A stretch of 64,000 bases of DNA from Candidatus Krumholzibacteriia bacterium. Its GTDB lineage: Bacteria; Krumholzibacteriota; Krumholzibacteriia; LZORAL124-64-63. Shown in pieces: positions 28,860 to 41,357 of this stretch. A program made the translations under genes and the position numbers. The notes under the pieces are model-generated. The model searched no databases. It saw only the letters and a program-made list of their open reading frames with translations, and was not told the DNA's origin. The stretch lies in the NCBI GenBank assembly GCA_050174015.1, contig JBFXKG010000009.1, forward strand, positions 128,152-192,151, in the 5' to 3' direction. Each line of letters opens with the position of its first letter. Position 1 is the first letter of the stretch.

Positions 28860-30119
28860 ATGAAAAACAACTTCGAGATCCGGGTCGATTCGGAAATCGG
28901 CAGGTTGCGGGGCGTGATCCTGCACCGGCCGGGGGCCGAGGTGGCCAACATGACCCCGGAGTCCGCCCAGCGGGCGCTCTACAGCGACATCCTCAATCCG
29001 ACGGTGGCCGCCGAGGAATACGGTCAGATCGAGGGGGTCCTGGAGCGCTGGACCCGCGTCTTCCGCATCAAGGACCTGTTCGGCGACATCCTCGGCAACC
29101 CGCGCATCCGGGCGGGGCTGGTCCGCAGGATCTGCGAGGCCGAAGGCGTGCCGGACGTGGCGGAGGACCTGATGGGCATGCCCTCGGCCGACCTGGCGTC
29201 GGTGCTCATCGAGGGGGTGCCCCTGGTCAAGGACAACCTGACCCGCTTCCTGAGCCGGGACCGGTTCTCCCTGCCTCCCCTGCACAACTTCTTCTTCACC
29301 CGCGATTCGGCGGTCACGGTGGGGGACCAGGTCTACATCTCCCACATGGCCAACCAGGTCCGAGGCCGGGAGACCAGGATCGTCGAGGCCGTGTTCGACC
29401 ACCATCCCGAGGTGGGCGCTCCCACGGTCAATCCCGCCCGGCTGGAGGGGCCCGACTCAGGTCTGACCATCGAAGGGGGGGACGTCCTGGTGGCGGCCGA
29501 GGACATCCTGGTCATCGGCATCGGCGCCCGGACCACCCCGCGGGCGGTCGACTTCCTCATCGAGCGCTTCAAGCAGCAGGGCCGCGACCGGCACATCCTG
29601 GTCCAGGAGCTGCCCCGGTCGCCGGAATCGTTCATCCATCTGGACATGGTCTTCACGCTGCTGGATCGCGACCGCTGCCTGGTGTTCCAGCCGGTGATCG
29701 GGCAGACCCACCGGTACGACACCGTCCACATCCACATCCGGGGCCGCCAGGAGGTGAAGATCACCGAGGAGGACAATCTCCCGCGGGCCCTGGCCAAGCT
29801 GGGGATGGACCTGGAACCCCTGCCCTGCGGAGGGGCCAGCGACCGCTGGATCCAGGAGCGGGAACAGTGGCACAGCGGCGCCAACTTCTTCGCCCTGGCG
29901 CCGGGCAAGATCATCGGCTACGGGCGCAACACCAACACCCTCGAGGTGCTGGCCGGGGCGGGTTTCGCCGTCGTCACCGCGGACGACGTCATCGCGGGCA
30001 AGGTCGACCTGGAGTCGGCGGGCCGCTGCGTGGTGACGGTCAGGGGCTCAGAGCTGGCCAGGGGCGGCGGGGGGTGCCGCTGCATGACCATGCCCGTCGG
30101 CAGGGATCCCGTCGTCTGA
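28860..30119 (+). CDS. arcA: Arginine deiminase
   Basis: VDSEIGRL, NFFFTRD, IEGGD, IHLDMVF, GSELARGGGGCRCMTMP. Confidence 0.9.
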   Translation: MKNNFEIRVDSEIGRLRGVILHRPGAEVANMTPESAQRALYSDILNPTVAAEEYGQIEGVLERWTRVFRIKDLFGDILGNPRIRAGLVRRICEAEGVPDVAEDLMGMPSADLASVLIEGVPLVKDNLTRFLSRDRFSLPPLHNFFFTRDSAVTVGDQVYISHMANQVRGRETRIVEAVFDHHPEVGAPTVNPARLEGPDSGLTIEGGDVLVAAEDILVIGIGARTTPRAVDFLIERFKQQGRDRHILVQELPRSPESFIHLDMVFTLLDRDRCLVFQPVIGQTHRYDTVHIHIRGRQEVKITEEDNLPRALAKLGMDLEPLPCGGASDRWIQEREQWHSGANFFALAPGKIIGYGRNTNTLEVLAGAGFAVVTADDVIAGKVDLESAGRCVVTVRGSELARGGGGCRCMTMPVGRDPVV

Positions 30120-31400
30120 ACCGCCGCGCCCGGCCGCCAGCTCCCGCTGGCGGCGTCCCAGGTAGAACGCCACCGCGGCCCACAGCAGGGCGATGGGCAC
30201 GGCCAGCCAGGCCACCGTCGCCAGCTGTGCTCCGCCCGCGGTGATCCTGGCGAAGATGCCCGCGCCCAGGGCGTCCCCTCCCCGGTAGACGAAGGTGTCG
30301 ATGAAGTTCTTGGCCTTGTAGCGGTCGCTGCGGTCCACCACCGTGAACAGGGTCTCCCGCGCCGGCTTGGCGAGGGCGTAGTTGCCGGCCCGTCGGATCA
30401 CCTGGAAGATCACCAGGACCGTGAGGGTGGGCCAGGCGCCCACGGCGGCGAACCCCGCCGCGACCGCCAGGGGCAGCAGGGCGAGCACCGGGCCGCTTCC
30501 CAGTTTCCGCAGCATCCGTCCGGTCAGCAGCAGCTGGCCCGCCAGGGTCAGGGTGTTGGCCCAGAAGTCGATGGTCCCGAACATCGCCGCGCGTTCGGTC
30601 CGCCCCAGGACGTTGGCGGCCACGATCTGCGCCTGCTCGAAGTAGAGGAAGGTGGCGGTCAGGCTGTAGAAGAAGATGTAGGCGCTGATGCCCAGGAGAT
30701 AGGGGGACCCGGCGGTCCGGGTGACCCCGGAAAGGATGCCGCCGCGGGAGGGGGAATCGTAAGCGGCGTCCGGGGAGGACCCGTCGTGCGCGAAGCTGCG
30801 CCCCAGGGGCCCCACGCACCGCACGGCCCCCTCGAGGAACGCCGCGGCGACCAGGAAGAGGTTGTGGCGGCCCACCGCCCCCACCAGCAGGGTCGTCAGG
30901 CCGCTGCCCAGCATGGCTCCCATGGTGCCGCCCAGGGCGATGATGCCGAACAGGCGCCGGCTGCGGCGGTAGCCGAAGCCGTCGGCCATGAAGGACCAGA
31001 ACAGCGACAGCACGAAGAGGTTGAACACGCTCAGCCAGACGTAGAAGGCGCGTCCGGTCAGGACAAGCAGGCCTCCCGAGGCGGTCTTCAGCAGGATGAA
31101 GAACAGCAGGAGGTTCACCGCGAAGAAACGGAAGGCCACGGGGATGAAGGTCTCCCTGCGGTGGCGGCGGACCAGCCAGCCCAGCAGGGGGGCGGCCAGG
31201 ACCATGGCGGCGAGCGTGACGAGGAACAGCTTCGGCAGGTTGTCGACCCCGCCCGCCAGGCCCATTTCCTCCCGCAGGGGACGCAGGATGGAGTAACCGG
31301 TCATCAGGAGGTAGAACAGGAGAGCGGACAGCAGGACGGGCCCGGTTTCGGCCGGTTCCAGTCCCAGGCTGCGGGCGAGTTTGCGACGAAGGCTGATCAT
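30048..31400 (-). CDS. MFS transporter of the NTP/NDP exchange (ATP/ADP translocase-like) family
   Basis: YSILRPLREEM, FYVWLSVFNLF..SLFWSFMAD, KPARETLFT...YKAKNFIDTFVYRGGD. Confidence 0.85.
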   Translation of the reverse strand: MISLRRKLARSLGLEPAETGPVLLSALLFYLLMTGYSILRPLREEMGLAGGVDNLPKLFLVTLAAMVLAAPLLGWLVRRHRRETFIPVAFRFFAVNLLLFFILLKTASGGLLVLTGRAFYVWLSVFNLFVLSLFWSFMADGFGYRRSRRLFGIIALGGTMGAMLGSGLTTLLVGAVGRHNLFLVAAAFLEGAVRCVGPLGRSFAHDGSSPDAAYDSPSRGGILSGVTRTAGSPYLLGISAYIFFYSLTATFLYFEQAQIVAANVLGRTERAAMFGTIDFWANTLTLAGQLLLTGRMLRKLGSGPVLALLPLAVAAGFAAVGAWPTLTVLVIFQVIRRAGNYALAKPARETLFTVVDRSDRYKAKNFIDTFVYRGGDALGAGIFARITAGGAQLATVAWLAVPIALLWAAVAFYLGRRQRELAAGRGGSDDGIPADGHGHAAAPPAAPGQL

Positions 31401-31496
31401 GGAACCGTCCGGGGCTGGGGATGCAGGGGCGTCGATCCGCCTCCTACGCACCGCAGGGGCGGGTGTTGCCTGCCGGATTCCCCAGGATAGCGGGGA

Positions 31497-34400
31497 TCAC
31501 CCCACGGGGACCAGCCATTTCCGGTACGCGGCGGCGATGGCCTTCGCCATGGCGTCGGGCTTGATGGGCTTGGGAACGTAATCGTCCATGCCGGCGGCGA
31601 GGCACTTCTCGCGGTCTCCCGCCATGGCGTTGGCCGTCATGGCGATGATGGGGACGTGGCCGTCGCCCTCCTCCTGCCGGATGCGCCGGGAGGCCTCGTA
31701 ACCGTCCATGTCGGGCATCATGCAGTCCATGAGGATCAGGTCGTAGCCGCCGGTGCGCCAGGCCTCGAGGGCCTCCCGGCCCGTGACGACCGTGTGGCAG
31801 GTGAACCCGAGCTTCTTCAGGATCCCCTCGCCCACCTTGCGGTTGATGAGGTTGTCGTCGGCCAGGAGGATGCGCAGGTCCGACCGCCAGGCTTCCGGTC
31901 CGGCGGCGGGAGTGGTTCCGGCGTCCTCGCCGGCGGCGCCCGGCGCGCCGGGCCGGTCCTCGGGACGTCCCAGGCAATGCAGGAAGTTGCGGTACCGGAG
32001 CGGGGCGGTCAACCAGCTGCGGCAGCCGCAGGCTTCCAGAACCTGGGGGTTCGGAGGTTTGGGTCCGGACGTCAGGATGACCAGGTGCGGACGGGGTTCC
32101 GCGCCCGCCGAGAGGATCCCCGCGATCGCTCCGCCGCCGGCGTCCTCCACCAGCCGGTCGGTGACGAAAAGGCGGCCAGGCCGGTCGTCCGCGCCGGTCT
32201 GCAGGGCGAGGCGCTCCCTCGCTTCCGCCAGGTCGGCGCATCGCAAGGCCGGACAGCCCAGGCTGCCCAGGTTCTCGACCAGGGCGGAGGCGGCGTGCTC
32301 GTCCCCCGCCACCACCAGAGCCGGCCGGCCGGCGAGGCTGCGCCCGGCGGCCTCCAGCAGGGCCCGGTCGGGAGACTGCCCCGGGGTCTCCTGCAGGGGA
32401 ATCTCGAACCAGAAGGTCGCGCCCTCGCCGACGCGGCTCTCCACGCCGATCTCCCCCGCCATCATGCGGACCAGCTTGTTGCAGATGGAAAGGCCCAGTC
32501 CCGTGCCCCCGAAGTTCCGGGTGGTGGAGCTGTCGGCCTGCTGGAAGGGCTTGAAGAGGCGCTCCTGGTTCCGGGGGCTGATGCCGATGCCCGTGTCGGT
32601 CACGTCGAAGTGGAGGCGGTGGGACCGCTCCCCGACCAGCCGGACCCGCACGGTGATGCTCCCGGCGGGGGTGAACTTGATCGCGTTGCCGACCAGGTTG
32701 ATGAGGATCTGGCGGATCCGGGTCGGATCCCCGGCGACTTCCTGCGGCACGTCCCGGTCCGCGAACCCCGACAGGGCCAGGCCCTGCTCCCAGGCCTTGA
32801 TTCCCAGCAGGTCGAGGACCTCGTCGATGACGGTCCGGGGGCTGAAGGGGATGGATTCGAAGTCCAGCTTGCCGGCCTCGATCTTGGAGAAGTCCAGGAT
32901 GTCGTTGATCAGAGCCAGGAGCGTCTCGGCCGAGGCCTGGATGTTGGCGGAGTACTCCTGCTGGGTGGCGTCCAGGACGGTGTCCCGCAACAGGCCGGTC
33001 ATCCCGATGATGCCGTTCATGGGAGTGCGGATCTCGTGGCTCATGGTGGCCAGGAACTCGCTCTTGGCCGCGCTGGCGGCTTCGGCGGCGAGGGCCATCT
33101 CGTTGGCCAGGGCCGCCGTGCGTTCCAGCTGCAGGTTCGCGGCTTCGGCGTCGTCCCGGGCCCGCTTCATCTCTTCCCGGGCGATGATGCCGTCGGTGAC
33201 GTCCTTGCTGGCGCCGCGGTAGGCCAGGACGCGGCCCCGGGCATCGAGGCAGGGGGAGGCGCTGGTCAGGACGCAGAAGTCCCCGCCCCGGCTGTCCTTC
33301 ATCCAGTGCTCGATCTCCCGCAGCGGTTCCGCCGCCTGGACGGCTGCCAGGAAGACGGGCTTCAATCGCCGCCACTCGTCCTCGGGCAGGAGTTCCCGGA
33401 AGGACTTCCCGACCAGGTCATCCTCCCGGAAACCGCTCTGTTCGAGCTTGCCGGCGGCGAACCGGATGGTGCCCCCGGAATCCACTTCCCACAGGAGGTC
33501 TCCCGAGGCCATTGCGAGGTCGGCGAAACGCCTCCGGGAGGACTCCAGGTCCCGGAGGGCGTTCCGTTCCCGCCGGGTGATGAGCTCCTGGGCCAGGGCG
33601 ATCTTCCGGGTGAGGCTGAAGTAGACGACGGCCAGCAGGAATCCCGGCCCGATGATCCAGGCGAGGCCGACCAGGGTGCGCCGGGAGCTTTCGAGGTGGG
33701 CGCGGCGCACGAACTCCTGGAATCCCTGATCGAACTGGGCCAGGCCGTCGGCGAACCTCTCGTCGGCCTCCCTCAGGTCCTGCACCAGTCCGCCGAGATC
33801 CCGGGCGAGACGTCTGCCCTCGAGGAGGAAGTCGCAATAGCCCCGGCGCAGGGGGCTGCCGGGGCGTCCATCCCCCATCATGGCCGTCCGGAGCTGGTCG
33901 GCGAGGGGTTGCAGGCGGGCGGGATGGGGGGGCAGGCCGTTCGCGCCCCCGGCGGCCCCCCCGGCCAGGATGGCGTGCATCCGCGCCAGGGCCGGATCGA
34001 TCCGGTTCAGGATGACCTTCTCGACCGCAGCGGGGTCGCGGGCGTCCCCGGCGAGCGCCAGGCCCAGCCGCAGATCCGCCAGCGGAACGAGCAGGGGTTC
34101 CCCGGTCGCAGGGGCGGGCTCCAGCAGGATGCGGAGGCTGTCGAGCAGGGCTTCGGCCCGCAGGGCGCGCCTGTCCGCCCGGGAGAGGGCCGACAGCACC
34201 AGGGCCCGGACGTCCAGGGCCTGCTCCGCCAGGTCCGACCATCTCAGATTGCAGACGACGAGCTGATCGTAGTGTCTCTGCAGGCCGCATTCGTCGGCCA
34301 GCGCCTCGAACTCGGCCATGGTGGCCAGGAACTCCTGGTTGTGTCTCGTGAATTCCTCGAGGCCGGCTTCGGACTCGGGGTCTTCCCGGGGATCGACGAC

Positions 34401-34610
34401 CAGGTAGGTCAGGTTGTAGTGCTGGTGCAGGGTGCTCTGGACGTTGCGGTTCTGGAGCGAGTGCATGGCCTGGATCCGGTCGTTCAGCCGGGTCCGGACG
34501 GTGTCCAGCTGGATGCCCTGCCAGACGGCGGCCGCGCAGAGCAGGGCCCCGGTCAGCAGACCGGCGCCACCGAGGACCCAGATCCTCCGGGCTGCCCTTC
34601 GAGGCGCCAT
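31497..34610 (-). CDS. Membrane hybrid sensor histidine kinase (PAS, HisKA/HATPase, degenerate and intact receiver)
   Basis: Two TM segments; FLATMSHEIRTPMNG, NLVGNAIKFT, GGTGLGL, LILMDCMMPDMDG. Confidence 0.92.
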   Translation of the reverse strand: MAPRRAARRIWVLGGAGLLTGALLCAAAVWQGIQLDTVRTRLNDRIQAMHSLQNRNVQSTLHQHYNLTYLVVDPREDPESEAGLEEFTRHNQEFLATMAEFEALADECGLQRHYDQLVVCNLRWSDLAEQALDVRALVLSALSRADRRALRAEALLDSLRILLEPAPATGEPLLVPLADLRLGLALAGDARDPAAVEKVILNRIDPALARMHAILAGGAAGGANGLPPHPARLQPLADQLRTAMMGDGRPGSPLRRGYCDFLLEGRRLARDLGGLVQDLREADERFADGLAQFDQGFQEFVRRAHLESSRRTLVGLAWIIGPGFLLAVVYFSLTRKIALAQELITRRERNALRDLESSRRRFADLAMASGDLLWEVDSGGTIRFAAGKLEQSGFREDDLVGKSFRELLPEDEWRRLKPVFLAAVQAAEPLREIEHWMKDSRGGDFCVLTSASPCLDARGRVLAYRGASKDVTDGIIAREEMKRARDDAEAANLQLERTAALANEMALAAEAASAAKSEFLATMSHEIRTPMNGIIGMTGLLRDTVLDATQQEYSANIQASAETLLALINDILDFSKIEAGKLDFESIPFSPRTVIDEVLDLLGIKAWEQGLALSGFADRDVPQEVAGDPTRIRQILINLVGNAIKFTPAGSITVRVRLVGERSHRLHFDVTDTGIGISPRNQERLFKPFQQADSSTTRNFGGTGLGLSICNKLVRMMAGEIGVESRVGEGATFWFEIPLQETPGQSPDRALLEAAGRSLAGRPALVVAGDEHAASALVENLGSLGCPALRCADLAEARERLALQTGADDRPGRLFVTDRLVEDAGGGAIAGILSAGAEPRPHLVILTSGPKPPNPQVLEACGCRSWLTAPLRYRNFLHCLGRPEDRPGAPGAAGEDAGTTPAAGPEAWRSDLRILLADDNLINRKVGEGILKKLGFTCHTVVTGREALEAWRTGGYDLILMDCMMPDMDGYEASRRIRQEEGDGHVPIIAMTANAMAGDREKCLAAGMDDYVPKPIKPDAMAKAIAAAYRKWLVPVG

Positions 34611-34748
34611 TTCCTGAGCGGTGCGGTTCAACCGGGCTCCTGAATCGATGGGCGAGTGACTCCCGGCCGCCTCGGGGCCGCCGGGTTCGTGGAATTTTCG
34701 ACAGGAACCGCCGGGGATTGAGCGGAATCCACGGCCGCGCCGCCGGAG

Positions 34749-34778
34749 TTGACATCCGGGCGGGTTGTCGCTAACCCT
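34749..34778 (+). promoter_or_regulatory. Possible sigma70 promoter of the tyrosine catabolic operon
   Basis: TTGACA-17 bp-TAACCC(T); the -10 element is imperfect. Confidence 0.35.
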
Positions 34779-34844
34779 GTGCACATCAATCCCGCAGCAT
34801 TTTTCCAGGGAATCCAGGATCGAATCAGCAAGGAGTCGAGGGGA

Positions 34845-35921
34845 ATGGCGCAAGCACTCAGAAGGGTCCACCACGTCGAGCTGGCCGTGGGCAACGCCAA
34901 GCAGGCCGCCTACTATTACCGCAAGGCCTTCGGCTTCGACCAGGTGGCCTACCGGGGGCCGGAGACCGGCTGCCCCGGAAGGGTTTCGTACGTCCTGAAG
35001 CAGGGCGACATCTGGCTCGTCCTGACCACCCCCCTGCATCACCTCGACCCGCTGAACACCTGGTTGACCCTGCACGGCGACGGAGTGCGGGACATCGCCT
35101 TCGAAGTGGAGGACACGGACGCGATCTTCGCCCAGGCCGTGGCCGGGGGCGCCAAGCCCGAGTCCGCTCCCGCCGATGCGAGCGATGCGAGGGGCGCCGT
35201 CCGCACCGCCGCCATCAAGGCCTACGGCGAAACCATCCACACCTTCGTCCAGCGCGACGGGTACCCCGGTTTCCTGCCGGGGTTCGAGATCAGGGAGATC
35301 AAGGGCCGGGGGACCGGGCTGACCTGCGTCGACCACATCGTGGCCAACGTCGAGGACCGCCAGATGGACCGCTGGGTGACCTGGTACGACAGGACCCTCG
35401 GCCTGGGCCGTTTCGTCTCCTACGATGACAAGGACATCTCCACCGAGTACACCGCGCTGCGCAGCACCGTCGTGGCGTCGGCGGACCGGGCGATCAAGTT
35501 CCCCATCAACGAGCCGGCCGAGGGTCTGAAGAAGAGCCAGATCCAGGAATACATCGACGCCAACGTCACCGCCGGCGTGCAGCACATCGCCCTGGCCACC
35601 GACGACATCCTCGAGACCATCGCCGCCCTGCGGCGCAACGGGGTCGAGTTCCTGGCGGTTCCCGAGGGCTACTACCGGGACCTGTGGGATCGGGTGGGAG
35701 AAGTCCGGGAGGACCGGGAAGCCGTGAAGGAACAGGGCCTGCTGGTGGACCGCGACGACAAGGGCTACCTGCTGCAGCTCTTCACGAAACCGGTCCAGGA
35801 CCGGCCGACCCTGTTCATCGAGATCATCCAGCGCCGGGGCAGCGACAGCTTCGGCAAGGGCAACTTCAAGGCCCTCTTCGTCACCATCGAGCAGGAACAG
35901 GCCCTGCGCGGCAATCTCTGA
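34845..35921 (+). CDS. hppD: 4-hydroxyphenylpyruvate dioxygenase
   Basis: HGDGVRDIAF, VDHIV, KSQIQEY, GVQHIAL, FIEIIQR, FGKGNFKALF. Confidence 0.95.
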   Translation: MAQALRRVHHVELAVGNAKQAAYYYRKAFGFDQVAYRGPETGCPGRVSYVLKQGDIWLVLTTPLHHLDPLNTWLTLHGDGVRDIAFEVEDTDAIFAQAVAGGAKPESAPADASDARGAVRTAAIKAYGETIHTFVQRDGYPGFLPGFEIREIKGRGTGLTCVDHIVANVEDRQMDRWVTWYDRTLGLGRFVSYDDKDISTEYTALRSTVVASADRAIKFPINEPAEGLKKSQIQEYIDANVTAGVQHIALATDDILETIAALRRNGVEFLAVPEGYYRDLWDRVGEVREDREAVKEQGLLVDRDDKGYLLQLFTKPVQDRPTLFIEIIQRRGSDSFGKGNFKALFVTIEQEQALRGNL

Positions 35922-35963
35922 CCTGCGCAGCGGCGGAACCGGCAACCGGGAGGGTTGGGGGCC

Positions 35964-37133
35964 ATGCCGTTCTATCACAGACTGGGCGATGTCCCGGCCA
36001 AGCGTCACGTGGTGTTCCCCGCGCCGGGCGGCGGGATCCGCTACGAGCACCTGATGGGGAACCTGGGCTTCACCGGCCTGCAGTCCCTGCTCTACACCAT
36101 CCGGCGGCCGACCTCGGTCAAGGAGATCTCGGTGGCCTGGGAGCAGCCCCGGGTTCCCGCGGGCGGGCCGGGCGGCGCCTGGCGGATGCGCCACCTGCGC
36201 ACGCACATGCTCGAGTGCGGCCCCAGCCCCGTCCGGGACCGGGTACCCCTGGTCTTCAACGACGACGTGGCCCTGTTCCTGACCCGTCCGCGCCGGGCCG
36301 ACGCCTTCTTCTACCGCAACGCCCAGGCCGACGAGATCCTCTTCGTCACCCGGGGAGGCGGGACTCTCGAATCCCAGTTCGGCAACCTGAAGTACCGCGC
36401 CGGGGACTACCTGGTCATCCCCCGGGGCATCATCCACCGCCTGGTGCCGGACGCCTCCGAGCAAATCCACCTGGTGATCGAGAGCCGCGGGCACGTCCGC
36501 ACGCCCAACCGGTACCGCAACGGACACGGCCAGCTGCTGGAGCACAGCCCGTTCTGCGAGCGGGACATCCGCCCGCCGCAGGAACTCGTGGTCCATGACG
36601 AGACGGGGGACCACGAGGTCATCACCCGCCGGGGCGAGACCTGTCACCGCGTGGTCCTGGATCACCATCCCTGCGATACCGTCGGCTGGGACGGCTACTA
36701 CTTCCCCTGGGCCTTCAGCATCCACGACTTCGAGCCCATCGTCGGCCGGCTGCACCAGCCCCCCCCGGTGCACCAGACGTTCGAGGGGGACGGTTTCGTC
36801 CTCTGCTCCTTCGTCCCGCGGCTGTACGACTTCCATCCGGATGCCGTGCCCGCCCCGTACAACCATTCGAACGTGATGACCGACGAGGTCCTCTACTACT
36901 GCAACGACGAGTTCATGAGCCGCAGCGGCATCGAGACCGGTTCCTTGACCCTGCACCCCGACGGGCTGCCCCACGGGCCCCAGCCCGGCCGCACCGAGGC
37001 GTCGATCGGCGCCGAGCGGACCGACGAGCTGGCCGTCATGATCGACACCTTCGCACCCTTGGCGGTGGCGGCCGATGCGCTTCCGTGCGAGGATGCCGGC
37101 TACGGGGATTCCTGGCGGGAAGGGGAACGGTGA
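35964..37133 (+). CDS. hmgA: Homogentisate 1,2-dioxygenase
   Basis: VGWDG, HQPPPVHQTF, PYNHSN..DEVLYY, TLHPDGLPHGP. Confidence 0.92.
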   Translation: MPFYHRLGDVPAKRHVVFPAPGGGIRYEHLMGNLGFTGLQSLLYTIRRPTSVKEISVAWEQPRVPAGGPGGAWRMRHLRTHMLECGPSPVRDRVPLVFNDDVALFLTRPRRADAFFYRNAQADEILFVTRGGGTLESQFGNLKYRAGDYLVIPRGIIHRLVPDASEQIHLVIESRGHVRTPNRYRNGHGQLLEHSPFCERDIRPPQELVVHDETGDHEVITRRGETCHRVVLDHHPCDTVGWDGYYFPWAFSIHDFEPIVGRLHQPPPVHQTFEGDGFVLCSFVPRLYDFHPDAVPAPYNHSNVMTDEVLYYCNDEFMSRSGIETGSLTLHPDGLPHGPQPGRTEASIGAERTDELAVMIDTFAPLAVAADALPCEDAGYGDSWREGER

Positions 37134-38086
37134 TGGCGACGGCATTCCGGGCCTTCATGCAGGGGCTGATCGATTACGCGGGGCTGTTCCCGCCGGCGGT
37201 CCTGCCGCCCGGGCGGGCGGTGGCGCGCTACGCCGGCCACCGGGCCGGACCCCAGGCCTGGATGCTCGGCCGCTTCATCGCTCCGGCCGAGAAGCTGGCC
37301 GAGATCGGCGCGGCCCGGGCGAACGTCCCCGGAGCCTCAGCCGCCGGCGCCTGGGAATGCTCCGTCCTGATCGGCAGCAGGGAGGGCGCCGCCGAGGCCC
37401 TGGAAGCCCTGGCGCCCCAGGGCGCGGCCATCCTCGCCGCGGAAGAGGAGGGCTGGACCGGGATCCAGGTCCTGGAATACCCGCTGCCTCACGCCACCGG
37501 CGCGGGGCGACAGGTTCTGGCCGATCATCTCGATCTGCTTTTCGCCCGCCTGGAGGCGGCCGGACTGGCCGGCCGGGAACTCTTCCTGGAGCTGCCGCCC
37601 GGCAGCGACGACGCCGGGGTCATCGAGATCCTTGCCGCGCGCGGGGAGGGGGCTCCGGTGCGGCGGCTGGGCGTCAAGCTTCGCTGCGGGGGATTGCGGC
37701 CGGAGAACGTCCCGGCGGTGAGCCGGGTGGCGGGCATCCTTGCCGCGTGCGCCCGGTCCGCCGTTCCCCTGAAGTGTACCGCCGGTCTCCACCATCCGGT
37801 CCGCCACCTGGCCGACGAACCTGAGGTGATGATGCACGGGTTCTTCAACGTGTTCGGGGCCGGCCTGCTGGCGGCCTCGGGTCAGGCTTCCGGCCGTGAA
37901 CTCGAATCCTGCGTCGCGGAGACGGACCCCGCGGCCTTCAGCTTCACCGAGGAAGCCTTCGCCTGGCGTCACAGGGCCGTTGCCGCCGACCGGATCGAGG
38001 AGATCCGCCGGCGATCCCTGTGCGGGTTCGGCAGCTGCTCCTTCGCCGAACCGGTCGCCGATCTCCAAGCCCTGGGCCTGCTCTGA
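37133..38086 (+). CDS. Hypothetical protein within the homogentisate operon
   Basis: Coupled to hmgA; motif-like blocks IDYAGLFPPA, WMLGRF, KLRCGG, KCTAGLHHP, HGFFN, GFGSCSF.EP. Confidence 0.8.
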   Translation: MATAFRAFMQGLIDYAGLFPPAVLPPGRAVARYAGHRAGPQAWMLGRFIAPAEKLAEIGAARANVPGASAAGAWECSVLIGSREGAAEALEALAPQGAAILAAEEEGWTGIQVLEYPLPHATGAGRQVLADHLDLLFARLEAAGLAGRELFLELPPGSDDAGVIEILAARGEGAPVRRLGVKLRCGGLRPENVPAVSRVAGILAACARSAVPLKCTAGLHHPVRHLADEPEVMMHGFFNVFGAGLLAASGQASGRELESCVAETDPAAFSFTEEAFAWRHRAVAADRIEEIRRRSLCGFGSCSFAEPVADLQALGLL

Positions 38087-38111
38087 ACCGGGCCCCGAAC
38101 CGGGAGTTTGC

Positions 38112-39397
38112 ATGAATCCGACCCCCCAGACCCGCCTCCGGTCCTTCGTTCCGGTGGATCCTGAATCCCATTTCCCCCTGGAGAACCTCCCGTACGGCAT
38201 CTTCAGCCCCACCCCGGCGGAGCCCCCGCGGGCGGGGGTCAGGATCGGCGACCACGTCCTGGACCTGTCGGTCATCGAGGACTCGGGCCTGCTGGCCAGT
38301 GCGGGTCTGCCCTGGGCCACCTTCAGCCAGCCGGTCCTGAACCGGTTCATGGAGCTTCCGGTCGATCAGCGGCGCTTCGCCCGGGTCCTGATCCAGGGTC
38401 TGTTGCGCGAGGATGAGCCCACCCTGCGCGACGATCCGGTGCTGCGGGCCCGTGCGCTCCTGCCCGCCGCCGCGGTGACCATGCGGGTGCCGGCGGCGAT
38501 CCGGGACTACACGGATTTCTATTCCTCCAGGGAGCACGCCACCAACGTGGGCATCATGTTCCGGGGCAAGGACAACGCCCTGATGCCCAACTGGCTGCAC
38601 CTGCCGGTGGGCTATCACGGCCGGGCCAGTTCGGTGGTCGTTTCCGGAACCGGAATCGTCCGCCCCCAAGGCCAGTCCCTGCCTCCCGGCGCCGATGAGC
38701 CCGTCTTCGGGCCCAGCAGACGCGTGGATTTCGAGCTGGAGATGGGATTCCTGGTGTCGCTGCCGAGCGACCTGGGGAGACCCGTGCCCGTCGCCGAGGC
38801 GATGGACCACGTCTTCGGCCTGGTCCTGGTGAACGACTGGTCGGCCCGCGACATCCAACCCTGGGAATACCAGCCCCTGGGCCCGTTCACCGCCAAGAAC
38901 TTCGCCACCAGCATCTCGCCCTGGGTGGTCCCCCTCGAGGCGCTCGAGCCCTTCGCCTGCGCCGCGCCCGTCCAGGATCCCGAGCCCCTGCCCTACCTGA
39001 GGGAGCCCGTGCGCCGGACCTACGACATCAACCTGGAGGTGGCGGTGACCGCGGGTGACGGCGGCGGGACCTTGACGGTCTGCCGCAGCAACTTCAAGCA
39101 CCTCTACTGGACGATGGCCCAGCAGCTGGCCCACCACACGGTCACCGGCTGCAACCTGGGCACGGGGGATCTGATGGCCTCCGGGACGATCAGCGGGTCG
39201 GACCCGGGCAGCTTCGGCTCCCTGCTGGAGATCACGTGGCGTGGGGAACGGCCGCTGGAGTTCCCCGGCGGCGCCCGGCGCTCCTTCCTCGAGGACCACG
39301 ACGCCGTCATCATGACGGGCTGGTGCCAGGGGGACGGTTTCCGGGTCGGGTTCGGCGAGGTCGCCGGGCGGATCCTGCCCGCCGCAGGCGAGGTCCG

Positions 39398-39401
<4 letters not shown>
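38112..39401 (+). CDS. fahA: Fumarylacetoacetase
   Basis: FPLENLPYG, DYTDFYSSREHATNVG, DFELE, NDWSARDIQ.WEYQPLGPF. Confidence 0.95.
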
Positions 39402-41350
<1,949 letters not shown>

Positions 41351-41357
41351 GGTCGCC

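Noticed and set aside
31497..37145. 1882-aa ORF as one giant kinase
   Set aside because: Only the last ~1037 codons are kinase; the N-terminal part is the antisense shadow of hppD and hmgA
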